Below are positions 8,687 to 17,754 of a DNA stretch of 64,000 nt, piece by piece (position 1 is the stretch's first letter; each line of letters starts with the position of its first letter). Where the stretch lies: the NCBI GenBank assembly GCA_965199715.1, contig OZ241322.1:1120001-1184000 (forward strand), written 5' to 3'. Origin of the DNA: Vicinamibacteria bacterium (lineage in GTDB: Bacteria > Acidobacteriota > Vicinamibacteria > Marinacidobacterales > Marinacidobacteraceae). The notes under the pieces were generated by a model. It was given only the letters and a program-made list of their open reading frames with translations. It searched no databases and had not been told where the DNA came from. The position numbers and the translations under genes are program-made.

Positions 8687-10161
8687 GCGGGGGGGATGGG
8701 CGAGAGCACACCGAGCCGGCCGCGGGGCGCGACCGGCTTCCCGTCGATGTCCACGATCGGGCGCGGCGGATGGGAGCGCGCGGTGACGAGCGACACGACG
8801 ACCGTCACGAGGATGGAGACCCCGGTCGCGACGAGGGCGCCGGGGAAGTTTCCGCCGCTCATCCACGTGATGAGGACGGTCGTCAGCCAGACGCCGACGC
8901 CGGCGACGACGCCCGCCACCGCCCCGGGGCCGTTCGTCCGCTTCCAGTACATCCCGAGCGTGAGCGGGCCGAAGAGCCCGACCATGATGATCGTCCACGA
9001 CTCGACCATGAGCGCGTACACGCTCTGGAACACGAGCGCGACGCCGAGCGCCATCCCGCAGAAGAACACGACTCCCATCCGGGCCGCGATGAGGATTTCC
9101 CTGGAGTCGAGGTCGGGGGCGAGGTTCTTCACCACGTTCCGGCCGAAGACGCTCGCCGGGCCGAGGAGGCCGCTGTCGGCGGAGCTCATCAGCGCCGCGA
9201 ACAGCGCGCCGAGGAAGAGCGCGAACCCGAGCGGCGGCAGGTACTGCTGCGCGAGGATCGGGACGATGTGCTCGGGGTTGTCGAGGATCGGGAAGAGGTG
9301 CCGTCCGAGGAGGCCGAGGCACACCGGGATGATCCCGACCCCGACGTACAGCGCGCCGGCGGCGTAGGCGCTCCACTGCGCGACCCATTCGCTCCTCGAG
9401 CTCAGCGCCCGCTGCATCAGGTCCTGCGCGGGAAGGTTGCCGAGGCCGATCACGAGCCAAGCCTGCACGAACAGGCACCACTCGAGGATCCCGCCGGTCG
9501 GCGTGAAGCGCGTCTGCATGAACGTCAGCCGCTCGAGGCTCGGCCCCGCGCCGCCGAGCGCTCCGAACACCTGCGGCAGCAGGATCAGGAGCGCGAGGAT
9601 GAGCACCGCGCTCTGGAAGACGTCGGTGATCGTGACGCTCCACATGCCGCCGAGCACCGTGTAGAGCAGCACCGCGCCCGCCGCGACGAGGATCGCCGTC
9701 ATGGCGTCGAGGTCGGTGAGCGCGGTGAGGATCGTGCCCACGGCGACGAGCTGGGAGCCCACCCAGCCGATGTAGGCGGGAAAGATGACGAGCGCCGAGA
9801 GGATCTCCGCGGCGACGCCGAAGCGGCTGCGGAAGAAGTCGGAGACCGTGGTCAGCTTCAGCCGGCGCAGGAGGCGCACGTAGAAGGCGCCGGCGAGGAA
9901 CAGGCAGAGCCCGGCGCCGAAGGGATCCGCCACGACCGCCGAGAGTCCGCCCGAGTAGGCGGCGCCCGCCGCGCCGATGAGGGTGCCCCCGCCGAACCAC
10001 GTGGCGAACAGCGTGAAGGTGCACAGCACGAACCCGAGCCGCCGCCCGGCCACGACGAAGTCGCTCGCGTCGTTGACGCGGCGCGACGCCCACGCGCCGA
10101 TGCCGAGCAGGATCGCCAGGTAGAGGCCGACGATCCCGAGGATCAGCGCGTTTCCGGTCAA
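8683..10161 (-). CDS. Sodium:solute symporter family protein
   Basis: DFVVAGRRL, ATWFGG, YTVLGGMWSVTITDVFQ, QDLMQR, AALMSSADS; about 13 TMs. Confidence 0.93.
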   Translation of the reverse strand: MTGNALILGIVGLYLAILLGIGAWASRRVNDASDFVVAGRRLGFVLCTFTLFATWFGGGTLIGAAGAAYSGGLSAVVADPFGAGLCLFLAGAFYVRLLRRLKLTTVSDFFRSRFGVAAEILSALVIFPAYIGWVGSQLVAVGTILTALTDLDAMTAILVAAGAVLLYTVLGGMWSVTITDVFQSAVLILALLILLPQVFGALGGAGPSLERLTFMQTRFTPTGGILEWCLFVQAWLVIGLGNLPAQDLMQRALSSRSEWVAQWSAYAAGALYVGVGIIPVCLGLLGRHLFPILDNPEHIVPILAQQYLPPLGFALFLGALFAALMSSADSGLLGPASVFGRNVVKNLAPDLDSREILIAARMGVVFFCGMALGVALVFQSVYALMVESWTIIMVGLFGPLTLGMYWKRTNGPGAVAGVVAGVGVWLTTVLITWMSGGNFPGALVATGVSILVTVVVSLVTARSHPPRPIVDIDGKPVAPRGRLGVLSPIPPA

Positions 10162-10165
10162 TCCG

Positions 10166-11185
10166 TCAGCCGCCGGTGCGGCTCCGGTACGCCTCGGTCC
10201 CGTACACCTCGGGGTTGACGCAGTTCGGGGCGGGCCGCCGGTTCAGGTGGGCGATCGCGTTCTCGGCGCACATGGTCGCCATGCGGTCGCGGGTGGCCAC
10301 GCTTCCGCTCGCGATGTGCGGCAGGATCACCACCTTGTCCAGCTCGGCGAGGCCGGCCGCCATCGCTGGCTCATGCTCGAACACGTCCAGACCGGCACCG
10401 CCGATCTCCCCCTGCTGGATCGCCGCGACGAGCGCCGCCTCTTCCACCACCGGGCCGCGCGCCGTGTTCACGAGGATCGCCGTGGGCTTCATGAGGGAGA
10501 AGGCGCGGGCGTCGAACAGGTGGTGCGTCGAAGGGTTGAGGTCCGTGTGGATACTGACGAAGTCGCTGCGCCGGAGCAACTCGTCGAACTCGGCGTACTC
10601 CACGTCGTCCCGCGCCTCGATGATCTCCTTCATCGGCGGGTCGAAGGCGACGACGTCCATGTCGAAGCCCTGGGCGCGGCGGTGCATCGCCTGCCCGATC
10701 CGCCCGAAGCCGACCACGCCGAGGGTCTTCCGCCGGCCGTCGCCGCCCGGACTCACGTCGGCGCCGAGCATGAGCGCCGGCCCCCAGATGCGGTACTGGC
10801 CGGTGCGCATGTAGCGGTCGGCCTCGACGACGCGGCGCGCCGTCGCCATGACGAGCGCCCACGCGAGGTCGGCAGTGGAGTCGGTCAGGACGCCCGGGGT
10901 GTTGCTGATCGGCACCCCGAGCTCGGTCGCGGCGGCCACGTCCACGTTGTTGAACCCCACCGCGTAGTTCGCGACGCCAAGCAGCGACGGGATGGAGAGC
11001 AGCTCCCGGTCCACCGCCTCGGTGAGGAGCGAGACGTGGACGTCGGCGGAACGGGCGCCGGCCAGCACCCGGTCCCGGGGCACGGCCTGATCGTCGCCCA
11101 TCTCGGCGATCTCGACCGCGCCGGCGGCCTCGAGCATGGAGACTCCGGCGTCGGGGATCTTCCGGGTCACGAAAAAGCGGTTCAT
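10166..11185 (-). CDS. D-2-hydroxyacid dehydrogenase (glyoxylate/hydroxypyruvate reductase-like)
   Basis: AVGFNNVD, NTPGVLT, GFGRIG, NTARG, LDVFEHEP, PHIAS; ATGA overlap start. Confidence 0.93.
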   Translation of the reverse strand: MNRFFVTRKIPDAGVSMLEAAGAVEIAEMGDDQAVPRDRVLAGARSADVHVSLLTEAVDRELLSIPSLLGVANYAVGFNNVDVAAATELGVPISNTPGVLTDSTADLAWALVMATARRVVEADRYMRTGQYRIWGPALMLGADVSPGGDGRRKTLGVVGFGRIGQAMHRRAQGFDMDVVAFDPPMKEIIEARDDVEYAEFDELLRRSDFVSIHTDLNPSTHHLFDARAFSLMKPTAILVNTARGPVVEEAALVAAIQQGEIGGAGLDVFEHEPAMAAGLAELDKVVILPHIASGSVATRDRMATMCAENAIAHLNRRPAPNCVNPEVYGTEAYRSRTGG

Positions 11186-12489
11186 GCGGCGACTCCAAGG
11201 GCGATCGGATCGTTGAGGAAGCGCTGGAAGCCTTCCGCGTCGGCGGCGCCGGCGGCGATCCGGGAAATCCCTTCCTTCAGCGAGTCCATGTCCGCGGCGT
11301 AGGAAAGGCGCAGGAAGTCCTGTCCCTCGCTCCCGATCACACCGAAGCTGCGTCGGTCCACGAGCGCGACGCCGTGGAAGTAGAGGAGGAAGCGGGACAG
11401 CAGGGTGGAGGGGCTCGTGCGTTTCCGGACCGACTCGGGCTGGGCGTGGAACCACGCGGTCGCGCCGAGCGCCTCGCAGGCCCCCGAGATGTTCGGGAAG
11501 ACGTAGAAGGCGCCGAGCGGGTTCGCGCAGCGGATCCCGGGGATGGCGTTCAGCGCCGGCACGACGTGGTCGCGGCGGCGGCGGAACTCCTCCACCATGC
11601 CGCGCACGACCCCGGCAGTGAGGGGGCTCTCGAGCGCCTCGCGCGCCGCCTCCTGGATGAACGGCGGGGTGCAGCTCACCGTGTTGATGTTGATCTGCTT
11701 GAAGCGCACCGCCTCCTCGGCGGTCGGCAGCACCGTCCAGCCGAGCCGCCAGCCGGTCATCGCGAATCCCTTCGAGTGGCCGCTCGCGATGATCGTGCGC
11801 TCGCGCATGCCCGGCATCGACGCCATCGACGCGTGCTCGAAGCCGTCGAAGGTGATGTGCTCGTAGATCTCGTCCGAGTAGATGCGGATGTCGGGCCGCG
11901 CCCGGCGGCGCACGAGGTCCGCGACCTCCTCCAGCAGCTCCCGGGGGAGCACGCCGCCGGTGGGGTTCGACGGCGAGCAGAGCATGAGCACCTTGGTGCG
12001 CTCGGTGAGCAGCGCGTCGAGATCCGCGGCGGTGAACGCGAAGCCGCGCTCCTCCTGGAGCACCAGCGGCTTCGGCGTCCCGCCGAGGTAGGTCACCCAC
12101 GACTCGTAGATCGGGAAGCCCGGGCTCGGGTAGATGACCTCGTCGCCGGGGTCCACGTAGGCCATCATCGTGTAGCCGATCGCGGGCTTGGCCCCGGAGA
12201 GGACGATGACCTGGTCGGGATCCACCGGGATGCCGCGGGTCTCCGAGACGTGCTTCGCGAGCGCGTTCCGCAGCGGCGCGATCCCCGCCGGATCCGTGTA
12301 GTGGGTGTCGCCCCGGCGGATCGCGGCGATCCCGGCCTCGTTGATGTGGGGGGCGCTGTCGAAATCGGGCTCGCCGATCGTGAACGGGATGACGTCGCGG
12401 CCCCGGGCGCGGGCGCGGCCCATGTCCTCCGCGATCTTGAACGCGTTCTCCGTGCCCATGCAGTCGAAGCGCCTGGCGAACAGTGGCAT
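11182..12489 (-). CDS. PLP-dependent aminotransferase class I/II (aspartate aminotransferase-like)
   Basis: IGEPDF, SPSNPTG, SDEIYE, SKGFAMTGWRLG (PLP lysine), GAFYVFP, LRLSYA. Confidence 0.93.
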   Translation of the reverse strand: MPLFARRFDCMGTENAFKIAEDMGRARARGRDVIPFTIGEPDFDSAPHINEAGIAAIRRGDTHYTDPAGIAPLRNALAKHVSETRGIPVDPDQVIVLSGAKPAIGYTMMAYVDPGDEVIYPSPGFPIYESWVTYLGGTPKPLVLQEERGFAFTAADLDALLTERTKVLMLCSPSNPTGGVLPRELLEEVADLVRRRARPDIRIYSDEIYEHITFDGFEHASMASMPGMRERTIIASGHSKGFAMTGWRLGWTVLPTAEEAVRFKQININTVSCTPPFIQEAAREALESPLTAGVVRGMVEEFRRRRDHVVPALNAIPGIRCANPLGAFYVFPNISGACEALGATAWFHAQPESVRKRTSPSTLLSRFLLYFHGVALVDRRSFGVIGSEGQDFLRLSYAADMDSLKEGISRIAAGAADAEGFQRFLNDPIALGVAA

Positions 12490-12579
12490 GCCGGAATCCT
12501 TGTCGATCGGGGGAGGAAGGGCGGCGGCGGGCGCCGGACGGGACGGATGATAAATTGGCCCGCTCATTCGGGTACGGGC

Positions 12580-13944
12580 ATGATGGGATCGCGAGCGCTG
12601 CTTCCCGGGGCGCTGCTGCTCGTCGCGGCGGCGGGCGCGGCGCAGCAGGAGCCGGCCGGCGAATTCCCGTTCGAGGTCTTCGACGACCTGTATCGGGGCA
12701 CCGAGCCGCAAAGCGCCGACGTGGAGGGCCAGCTCGGCGTCGCCGACGAGGACTACGTCCCCGAGGTCTTCCAGTACCGGCGCCGCGACGCGCAGCCGCG
12801 CCAGGGGGCGATCAGCGGCGAGCACCGGTCGGTCGCGATGACCGAGTTCCAGGTGCTGGACCCCATGGTCGCCCCCGGCGAGGTCGTGCGGGCGATCGTC
12901 CGGGTGGAGCCCGCGTTCGAGAAGGGGCGGCGGTTCGTCGCCGAGTTCTGGAGCCAGGAGTACGGGCGGGCGTCGGTGGTGTACGTCAACTTCAAGCCCC
13001 ATCCCGAGCATCGGACGCTCTACCTCGGGCGGGGAAGGGTGGACCGCCATCACCCCGGCGGCCGGTACAACGCCGGCTCCACGATGATCACCGACGAGCG
13101 CGGGCGCAAGAAGGCGTACTCCGCCGAGTTCAACCCGGTCATGCGCGACCCGGACGGCGGCCCGGCGCACTTCGTGGTCGAGGACAACCCGGACATGGAC
13201 GTCCGGCCGCCGGTCCTCCGCTCGCTCGAGATCCTCACCCCCCGGGCGCGGACCGGCGAGACGATCCGGATCGCAGCCGAGGTCGAGGACGATCTCGCCG
13301 GCCCGTCGCAGGCGCGGGCGGTGCTCGTCAGCCCGTCGGGGGGCCGGCTGATCCGGGCGGACCTCATCGGAGACGTCCGTTCGCCCGGCCGGTTCGTGGG
13401 CGCGTTCCCCTTCCCCGAGTGGTACGAGGGCGGGGTCTGGACCGTCCAGAAGGTCGAGCTCTTCGACGCGGCGCGCAACAGCGCGCTGCTGTTCGCCGCC
13501 ACGGAGCCGATGCTGCGGGCGGCGGAGGTCGAGGTCGAAGCGGACCCGGAGCGGGTGGACGACGAGCCGCCGACGCTGCTGGCGTTGGAGGTGCCGCTGC
13601 GGGAGGCCCCGTTCGGCGAGGACGCGCCGGTGGCGGCGCTCGTCGAGGACGACTTGAGCGGCGTGGACCGGGTGTTCGTGCTGTTCCAAAGTCCGAGCGG
13701 GGCCGATCTCGTGCGCGTCGAGCTCGAGAGCCGGAATCCGCCGCTGAACCGGCCCTCGCTGCTCCCGCAGCCGAACGTGTTCCGGGGGACGCTGAAGCTG
13801 GAGGATTTCCGGGAGGGCGGCGCCTACCGGGTCACTCGGGTCCACCTCGCCGACCGGGCGCGCAACTACCGGGAGCTGAGCGTCTGGGACGGCGAGATCC
13901 CCGATGTGCAGGTCGAGTTTCTCGACGAGGGAGAGAGACCATGA
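12580..13944 (+). CDS. Secreted hypothetical protein with repeated beta-rich (Ig-like) domains
   Basis: Signal peptide MMGSRALLPGALLLVAAAGAA; two clear repeats D.PP.L..LE......GE....AA.VEDDL.G......V...SPSG, plus a weaker third copy. Confidence 0.82.
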   Translation: MMGSRALLPGALLLVAAAGAAQQEPAGEFPFEVFDDLYRGTEPQSADVEGQLGVADEDYVPEVFQYRRRDAQPRQGAISGEHRSVAMTEFQVLDPMVAPGEVVRAIVRVEPAFEKGRRFVAEFWSQEYGRASVVYVNFKPHPEHRTLYLGRGRVDRHHPGGRYNAGSTMITDERGRKKAYSAEFNPVMRDPDGGPAHFVVEDNPDMDVRPPVLRSLEILTPRARTGETIRIAAEVEDDLAGPSQARAVLVSPSGGRLIRADLIGDVRSPGRFVGAFPFPEWYEGGVWTVQKVELFDAARNSALLFAATEPMLRAAEVEVEADPERVDDEPPTLLALEVPLREAPFGEDAPVAALVEDDLSGVDRVFVLFQSPSGADLVRVELESRNPPLNRPSLLPQPNVFRGTLKLEDFREGGAYRVTRVHLADRARNYRELSVWDGEIPDVQVEFLDEGERP

Positions 13945-15131
13945 TCGGGCGACGCGCGTTTCTGGGAACGGCGGCGATGATGGGGGCGAGCCGGCTGGCC
14001 GCCGCGCCCCGGGTCGAGACGGTTCCCGACCGGAGCCTGAGGACGAAGCATCTCGTCGTGATCCTCTACGGGAACGGCTGCCGGAAGAAGGACGTCGTCG
14101 AGGATCCGGCGCACGCCCCGCACATGGCCCGCATGGCGCGGGAGGGCGCGGTCTGCACCGAGGACTTCGGCGAGACCGCGAACCTCCACGGCTACATGTA
14201 CACGGAGATGCTCACCGGGCGGGAGACGGTCTCCGAGCATCCGCTCTATCCCACGTGGACCGAGATCGCGCGGAAGGAGCTCGGCGGCTCGCCGAACGAC
14301 TACTGGATGCTCCAGGGCGTGAGCTACTACCGCTCGTGGGTCTGGGACCGGAAGCACTGGAGCGCGCATCCCGAGGGCGGGCTGCGGTTCGGAGCCAACT
14401 CGCTCACGATGAACAAGGTGTTCCACCCGGACGAGACCCGATCGCCGGCGGAGCTGGTCCGCGCCAGCCTCGAGCCGGGGCTCGGCCACACCCGGCGCAG
14501 CCTCGCCGACGCCGAGGAGTGGATCGGCGACGCGGCGCGACGGCGGATCGCCACCCCGGCGTCCACCCGGACTTCGGTCGTCGAGCGCGAGGTGCCCGTG
14601 GGGGACGCCCAGTGCTTCGAGATCGCGAAGCACCTGCTGCGGGACTTCCGCCCGAAGCTCATCACGATCCAGATGCTGGCGCTCGACGACGCGCACGCCG
14701 ACGCCGGGTTCTGGGACTACGACACGGACTTCGGGCAGTACCGGCGGCACATCGCCTTGACCGACGAGCTGATCGGGAACCTGTGGGACTTCATCCAAGC
14801 CGATCCGGCGCTGCGCGACACGACCTCGATCCTGCTGCGGCCCGAGTGCGGGCGGGACGACGAGGTGAACGCGTACGGCCAGTTGCACCACTCGCAGGGG
14901 AACTACTACGCCCACAACGTCTGGACGCTCGCGGTCGGCCCCGACTTCCAGCCCGGCGCCGTCTTCCCCGAGAAGGTGATGCGCCGCGACTTCTGCCCGA
15001 CCGTGGTCTATTCGCTCACCGGGCGGGATCTCGCTCGGCACGCGACCGGCTCGGTGCGCACCCAACTGTTCCGGGAGGAATACGGCTTGCCGCCGTACGT
15101 CCTGCGCGACCGGTTCGGAGAGGCGGTCTGA
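13941..15131 (+). CDS. Tat-exported alkaline-phosphatase-superfamily-like protein
   Basis: GRRAFL twin-arginine signal; KHLVVILYGNG, DDAH, PECGRD and HHS motifs in AlkP-like order; ATGA overlap. Confidence 0.72.
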   Translation: MIGRRAFLGTAAMMGASRLAAAPRVETVPDRSLRTKHLVVILYGNGCRKKDVVEDPAHAPHMARMAREGAVCTEDFGETANLHGYMYTEMLTGRETVSEHPLYPTWTEIARKELGGSPNDYWMLQGVSYYRSWVWDRKHWSAHPEGGLRFGANSLTMNKVFHPDETRSPAELVRASLEPGLGHTRRSLADAEEWIGDAARRRIATPASTRTSVVEREVPVGDAQCFEIAKHLLRDFRPKLITIQMLALDDAHADAGFWDYDTDFGQYRRHIALTDELIGNLWDFIQADPALRDTTSILLRPECGRDDEVNAYGQLHHSQGNYYAHNVWTLAVGPDFQPGAVFPEKVMRRDFCPTVVYSLTGRDLARHATGSVRTQLFREEYGLPPYVLRDRFGEAV

Positions 15132-15132
15132 G

Positions 15133-15516
15133 GTGCTGTTGCTGCTGCTCGCGCTGGCGGCGCCGCAGTCGCCGTTGCTGGAGGCGGCGCTGAAGAAGCG
15201 GGCCGAGGTGGAGCGGATCCGGGCCGCCGAAGGCCCCGCCCCCCGGTTCGCCGGCTACGGGAACGCGAGCGACCCCGCGCCCGTTCCGGAGCCTCCCGAG
15301 GTCGAGGAGCCCGAAGCGGCTCCCGTCAGGGCCTCTCCCGACCGCGAGGAGGAGCTTCGGGAGCGGCTGCTCGACCTGGAGGCGGCGCTCGTCTCGATCG
15401 GGGCGAGCGGGCTGCCGCTGCCTCCCCGGAACCCGAACCGCTTCCACGGCGCGCTGGACGCGGCCCGCATCCGCGCCGAGATCGAGGACGTGCGCGAGGA
15501 GTTGCGCCGCTACTGA
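15133..15516 (+). CDS. Small exported hypothetical protein
   Basis: Hydrophobic N-terminus, Pro/Glu linker, helical C-terminus; starts 1 nt after the previous stop. Confidence 0.6.
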   Translation: MLLLLLALAAPQSPLLEAALKKRAEVERIRAAEGPAPRFAGYGNASDPAPVPEPPEVEEPEAAPVRASPDREEELRERLLDLEAALVSIGASGLPLPPRNPNRFHGALDAARIRAEIEDVREELRRY

Positions 15517-16340
15517 AGGGTCAGCCGCAGCGGCGGGCGGCCGGCGCGGACGAGGGTCGCCCCCGCCGGCGGCTCCAGTTCGAGGACGGCGTACTCGCCG
15601 ACGGGATCGCCGGCGCCGGCCATGATCGCCTCGCCCCCGAACGCGAACATCGCCCGCACCGCCCCGTCGGTTTCGACGAAGCCCCGCAGCACCGGGGCGA
15701 CGTCCGTACGCCGAATCTCGGGCGGATGGGCCGCGACGGCGACGGGCTGGACCCGCGGGGCGGGCGCAACCGGGGCCGGCGGCGGTTCGTCGAGCCAGGC
15801 CAGCAGCGCGTCCAGCCGCGGGTCGGCGGCGAGCCCGTCGGGATCGGGAGGAGTCCCGGGGTCCGGCCAGAGCACCGAGGCGAAAGCGGTGAGGGTCGCG
15901 GGTCCGACGGCGCGCATGGAGAGGTCGGCGCGGTCGAGGCGGACCGGAAGCCGGCTCGATTCGAGCCGCTCGAGGAACCGGACCAGACTCGCGGCCGGCC
16001 CGGCGGCGGTCAGCCGGACGTCCGAGCCGAGGGCGCCGGTCGGCGGCCGCTGGAGCGGCTCGAAGCGCGTCTCCGGGACCTCCACTCCGGCGGAGCGGGC
16101 GAGCGCCAGCAGCGTCTCGCGGGCGCCCGCGGCGTCCCCGGGGGCCGGAGAGAGCCGGTCCAGCACCTCGGCGAGGCGCTCGCGGCGCGCCTCGGTCTCG
16201 CGACTCTCGGCCGCGCCGCGCGCTTGGGCGGCGGCCCGCTGGCCGATCTCGGCGAGCTCGGCGCGAACGTCCCGCTCGCGGGTTCCGAGCAGCGCGGCGG
16301 CCGCCGCGACCAGCGCCAGCAGCAGGAACCGGAGGCTCAC
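15510..16340 (-). CDS. PilO/GspM-like membrane-anchored protein with PilP-like C-terminal extension
   Basis: GTGA overlap start, N-terminal TM and coiled coil, LARSAGVEV...VRLTAAG...LVRFLERLE...VRLDRADL ferredoxin-like pattern; third gene after pilM- and pilN-like genes. Confidence 0.6.
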   Translation of the reverse strand: MSLRFLLLALVAAAAALLGTRERDVRAELAEIGQRAAAQARGAAESRETEARRERLAEVLDRLSPAPGDAAGARETLLALARSAGVEVPETRFEPLQRPPTGALGSDVRLTAAGPAASLVRFLERLESSRLPVRLDRADLSMRAVGPATLTAFASVLWPDPGTPPDPDGLAADPRLDALLAWLDEPPPAPVAPAPRVQPVAVAAHPPEIRRTDVAPVLRGFVETDGAVRAMFAFGGEAIMAGAGDPVGEYAVLELEPPAGATLVRAGRPPLRLTLQ

Positions 16341-16834
16341 GGCGCGAGGCGGAAGTCGATGCGGGCCCTGACGCCGCCGTCGGGACGCAGCGTTTCGCTG
16401 ATGACCGAGGTCTCGCCGCTCTCGCCGAGGCGGGCGAGGAGTTCGGCCACCGCGCCCGGCCCGTCCGCATCGGCCGCGATCGCGACGCCCATTCCCCGGA
16501 CCGGGTCGGGGGCCAGCTCGATCTCGGTGACCCGCGCGCCGGCGGCGGAGGCGTCGAGCACGAGGCGGACCGCGCCGGAGAGCGAGGGCGCGTCGAGCGC
16601 GCCGGCGGCGAGCAGCGCGGCGGCGGCGCCCATGCGCTCGTCGGGTTCGGCCGGCGCCGGCGCCGCCGGAGCCGGAACCGCGCCGGCGGCTTCGAGTTCG
16701 CGCGTCGCTTCCCGCAGCCCCCATCCGAAGAACGCCGCCGCGAGGACGCCGGCGACGATCAGGAGGTCCAGCGCCCGGGCCGTCCCGCGGCGAGGCCGGC
16801 GGCCGAGCTGGACGCCCTTCGGGACGCGGGGCAC
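16337..16834 (-). CDS. PilN/GspL-like membrane-anchored protein (short, divergent)
   Basis: Single TM then ARVTEIELA...AIAADA...ELLARL pattern; position after the pilM-like gene. Confidence 0.5.
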   Translation of the reverse strand: MPRVPKGVQLGRRPRRGTARALDLLIVAGVLAAAFFGWGLREATRELEAAGAVPAPAAPAPAEPDERMGAAAALLAAGALDAPSLSGAVRLVLDASAAGARVTEIELAPDPVRGMGVAIAADADGPGAVAELLARLGESGETSVISETLRPDGGVRARIDFRLAP

Positions 16835-17632
16835 TCAGGTGGCCTTCCGGCGGAGTAGGGCCGAGAGCGCCAGCTCGGGGATCGGGTCGGCGGAGGCCGT
16901 GGCGTCGAGCGCCGCGGCGACGGACTCGGCCCCCTCCCCTCTCACGAGGATCGAGGCGTCAGGCGGGATCGACTGGCGGACCGCGGTCGCCGCCGGGGCC
17001 GGGTCGCCGGCGGACCGCAGCTTGAAGCGGAACGACTCGACGCAGGCGTCGCGGGCGCCCACGAGGACGAAGTGGCGCCGGTCGAGGAGGACCAGGGCGC
17101 GGACGCCGGAACCGGCGGCGAGCCACTCGGGCACGAGCGCGAGGCTGCATGCGTCCACCCAGCGCACCGCGACTCCGCACGCCTCGACCGCCCCCTCGTA
17201 CTGACGGGCGACCGAGGACCGGATCGCGGCGCCGAGGAGCGCGCGGCGGCCGGGGCCGCGGGTCGCGATCCAGTCGCAGCGGTAGCGCCCGTCGGCGCCC
17301 GGGGCCAGATCGTCGAGCAGCCGGGCGCGCAGCCGGGCCTGGCGAAGCGACCGGGGCCCCTCGACGAGGCGCATGTGCGTCGAGCGGTCCGGGAGCGCGA
17401 GCACCGCGCGCTTGAACGACCGGGGCGCGAGCGCGTGGAGCGCCGACTGGACGAAATGGGCGGCGTCGGCGGTGGAGGCGAGATTCGGGGACTCGGGCGA
17501 GGGAGTCAGGAATTTCTCCGGCAGCGGAACCCGCGCCGAGGCCCCGTCACCGGACAGCGCGACCAGTTCGTCGGGCGCGAAGGCGAGGCCGACGACGCGT
17601 TCCGCCGCTCGCTCGCTCAGGGGAAACCGCAC
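16835..17632 (-). CDS. PilM-like type IV pilus assembly protein (divergent)
   Basis: VVGLAF, PLPEKFLTPSPESPNL, AVLALPD, VARQYEGAVEACG and ALVLLD patterns typical of acidobacterial PilM-like proteins. Confidence 0.65.
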   Translation of the reverse strand: MRFPLSERAAERVVGLAFAPDELVALSGDGASARVPLPEKFLTPSPESPNLASTADAAHFVQSALHALAPRSFKRAVLALPDRSTHMRLVEGPRSLRQARLRARLLDDLAPGADGRYRCDWIATRGPGRRALLGAAIRSSVARQYEGAVEACGVAVRWVDACSLALVPEWLAAGSGVRALVLLDRRHFVLVGARDACVESFRFKLRSAGDPAPAATAVRQSIPPDASILVRGEGAESVAAALDATASADPIPELALSALLRRKAT

Positions 17633-17754
17633 CGGGACACTCGTCGGGGACGCCGCAAGGGTAACCGCCGGCGCGGTGGTAGCATGGCGCGTTTTCCGAT
17701 CGGGGCCATGGCGGAATCCGCCGCCCCGCCTTCGTGTCCGCGGACGGGAGAAGC

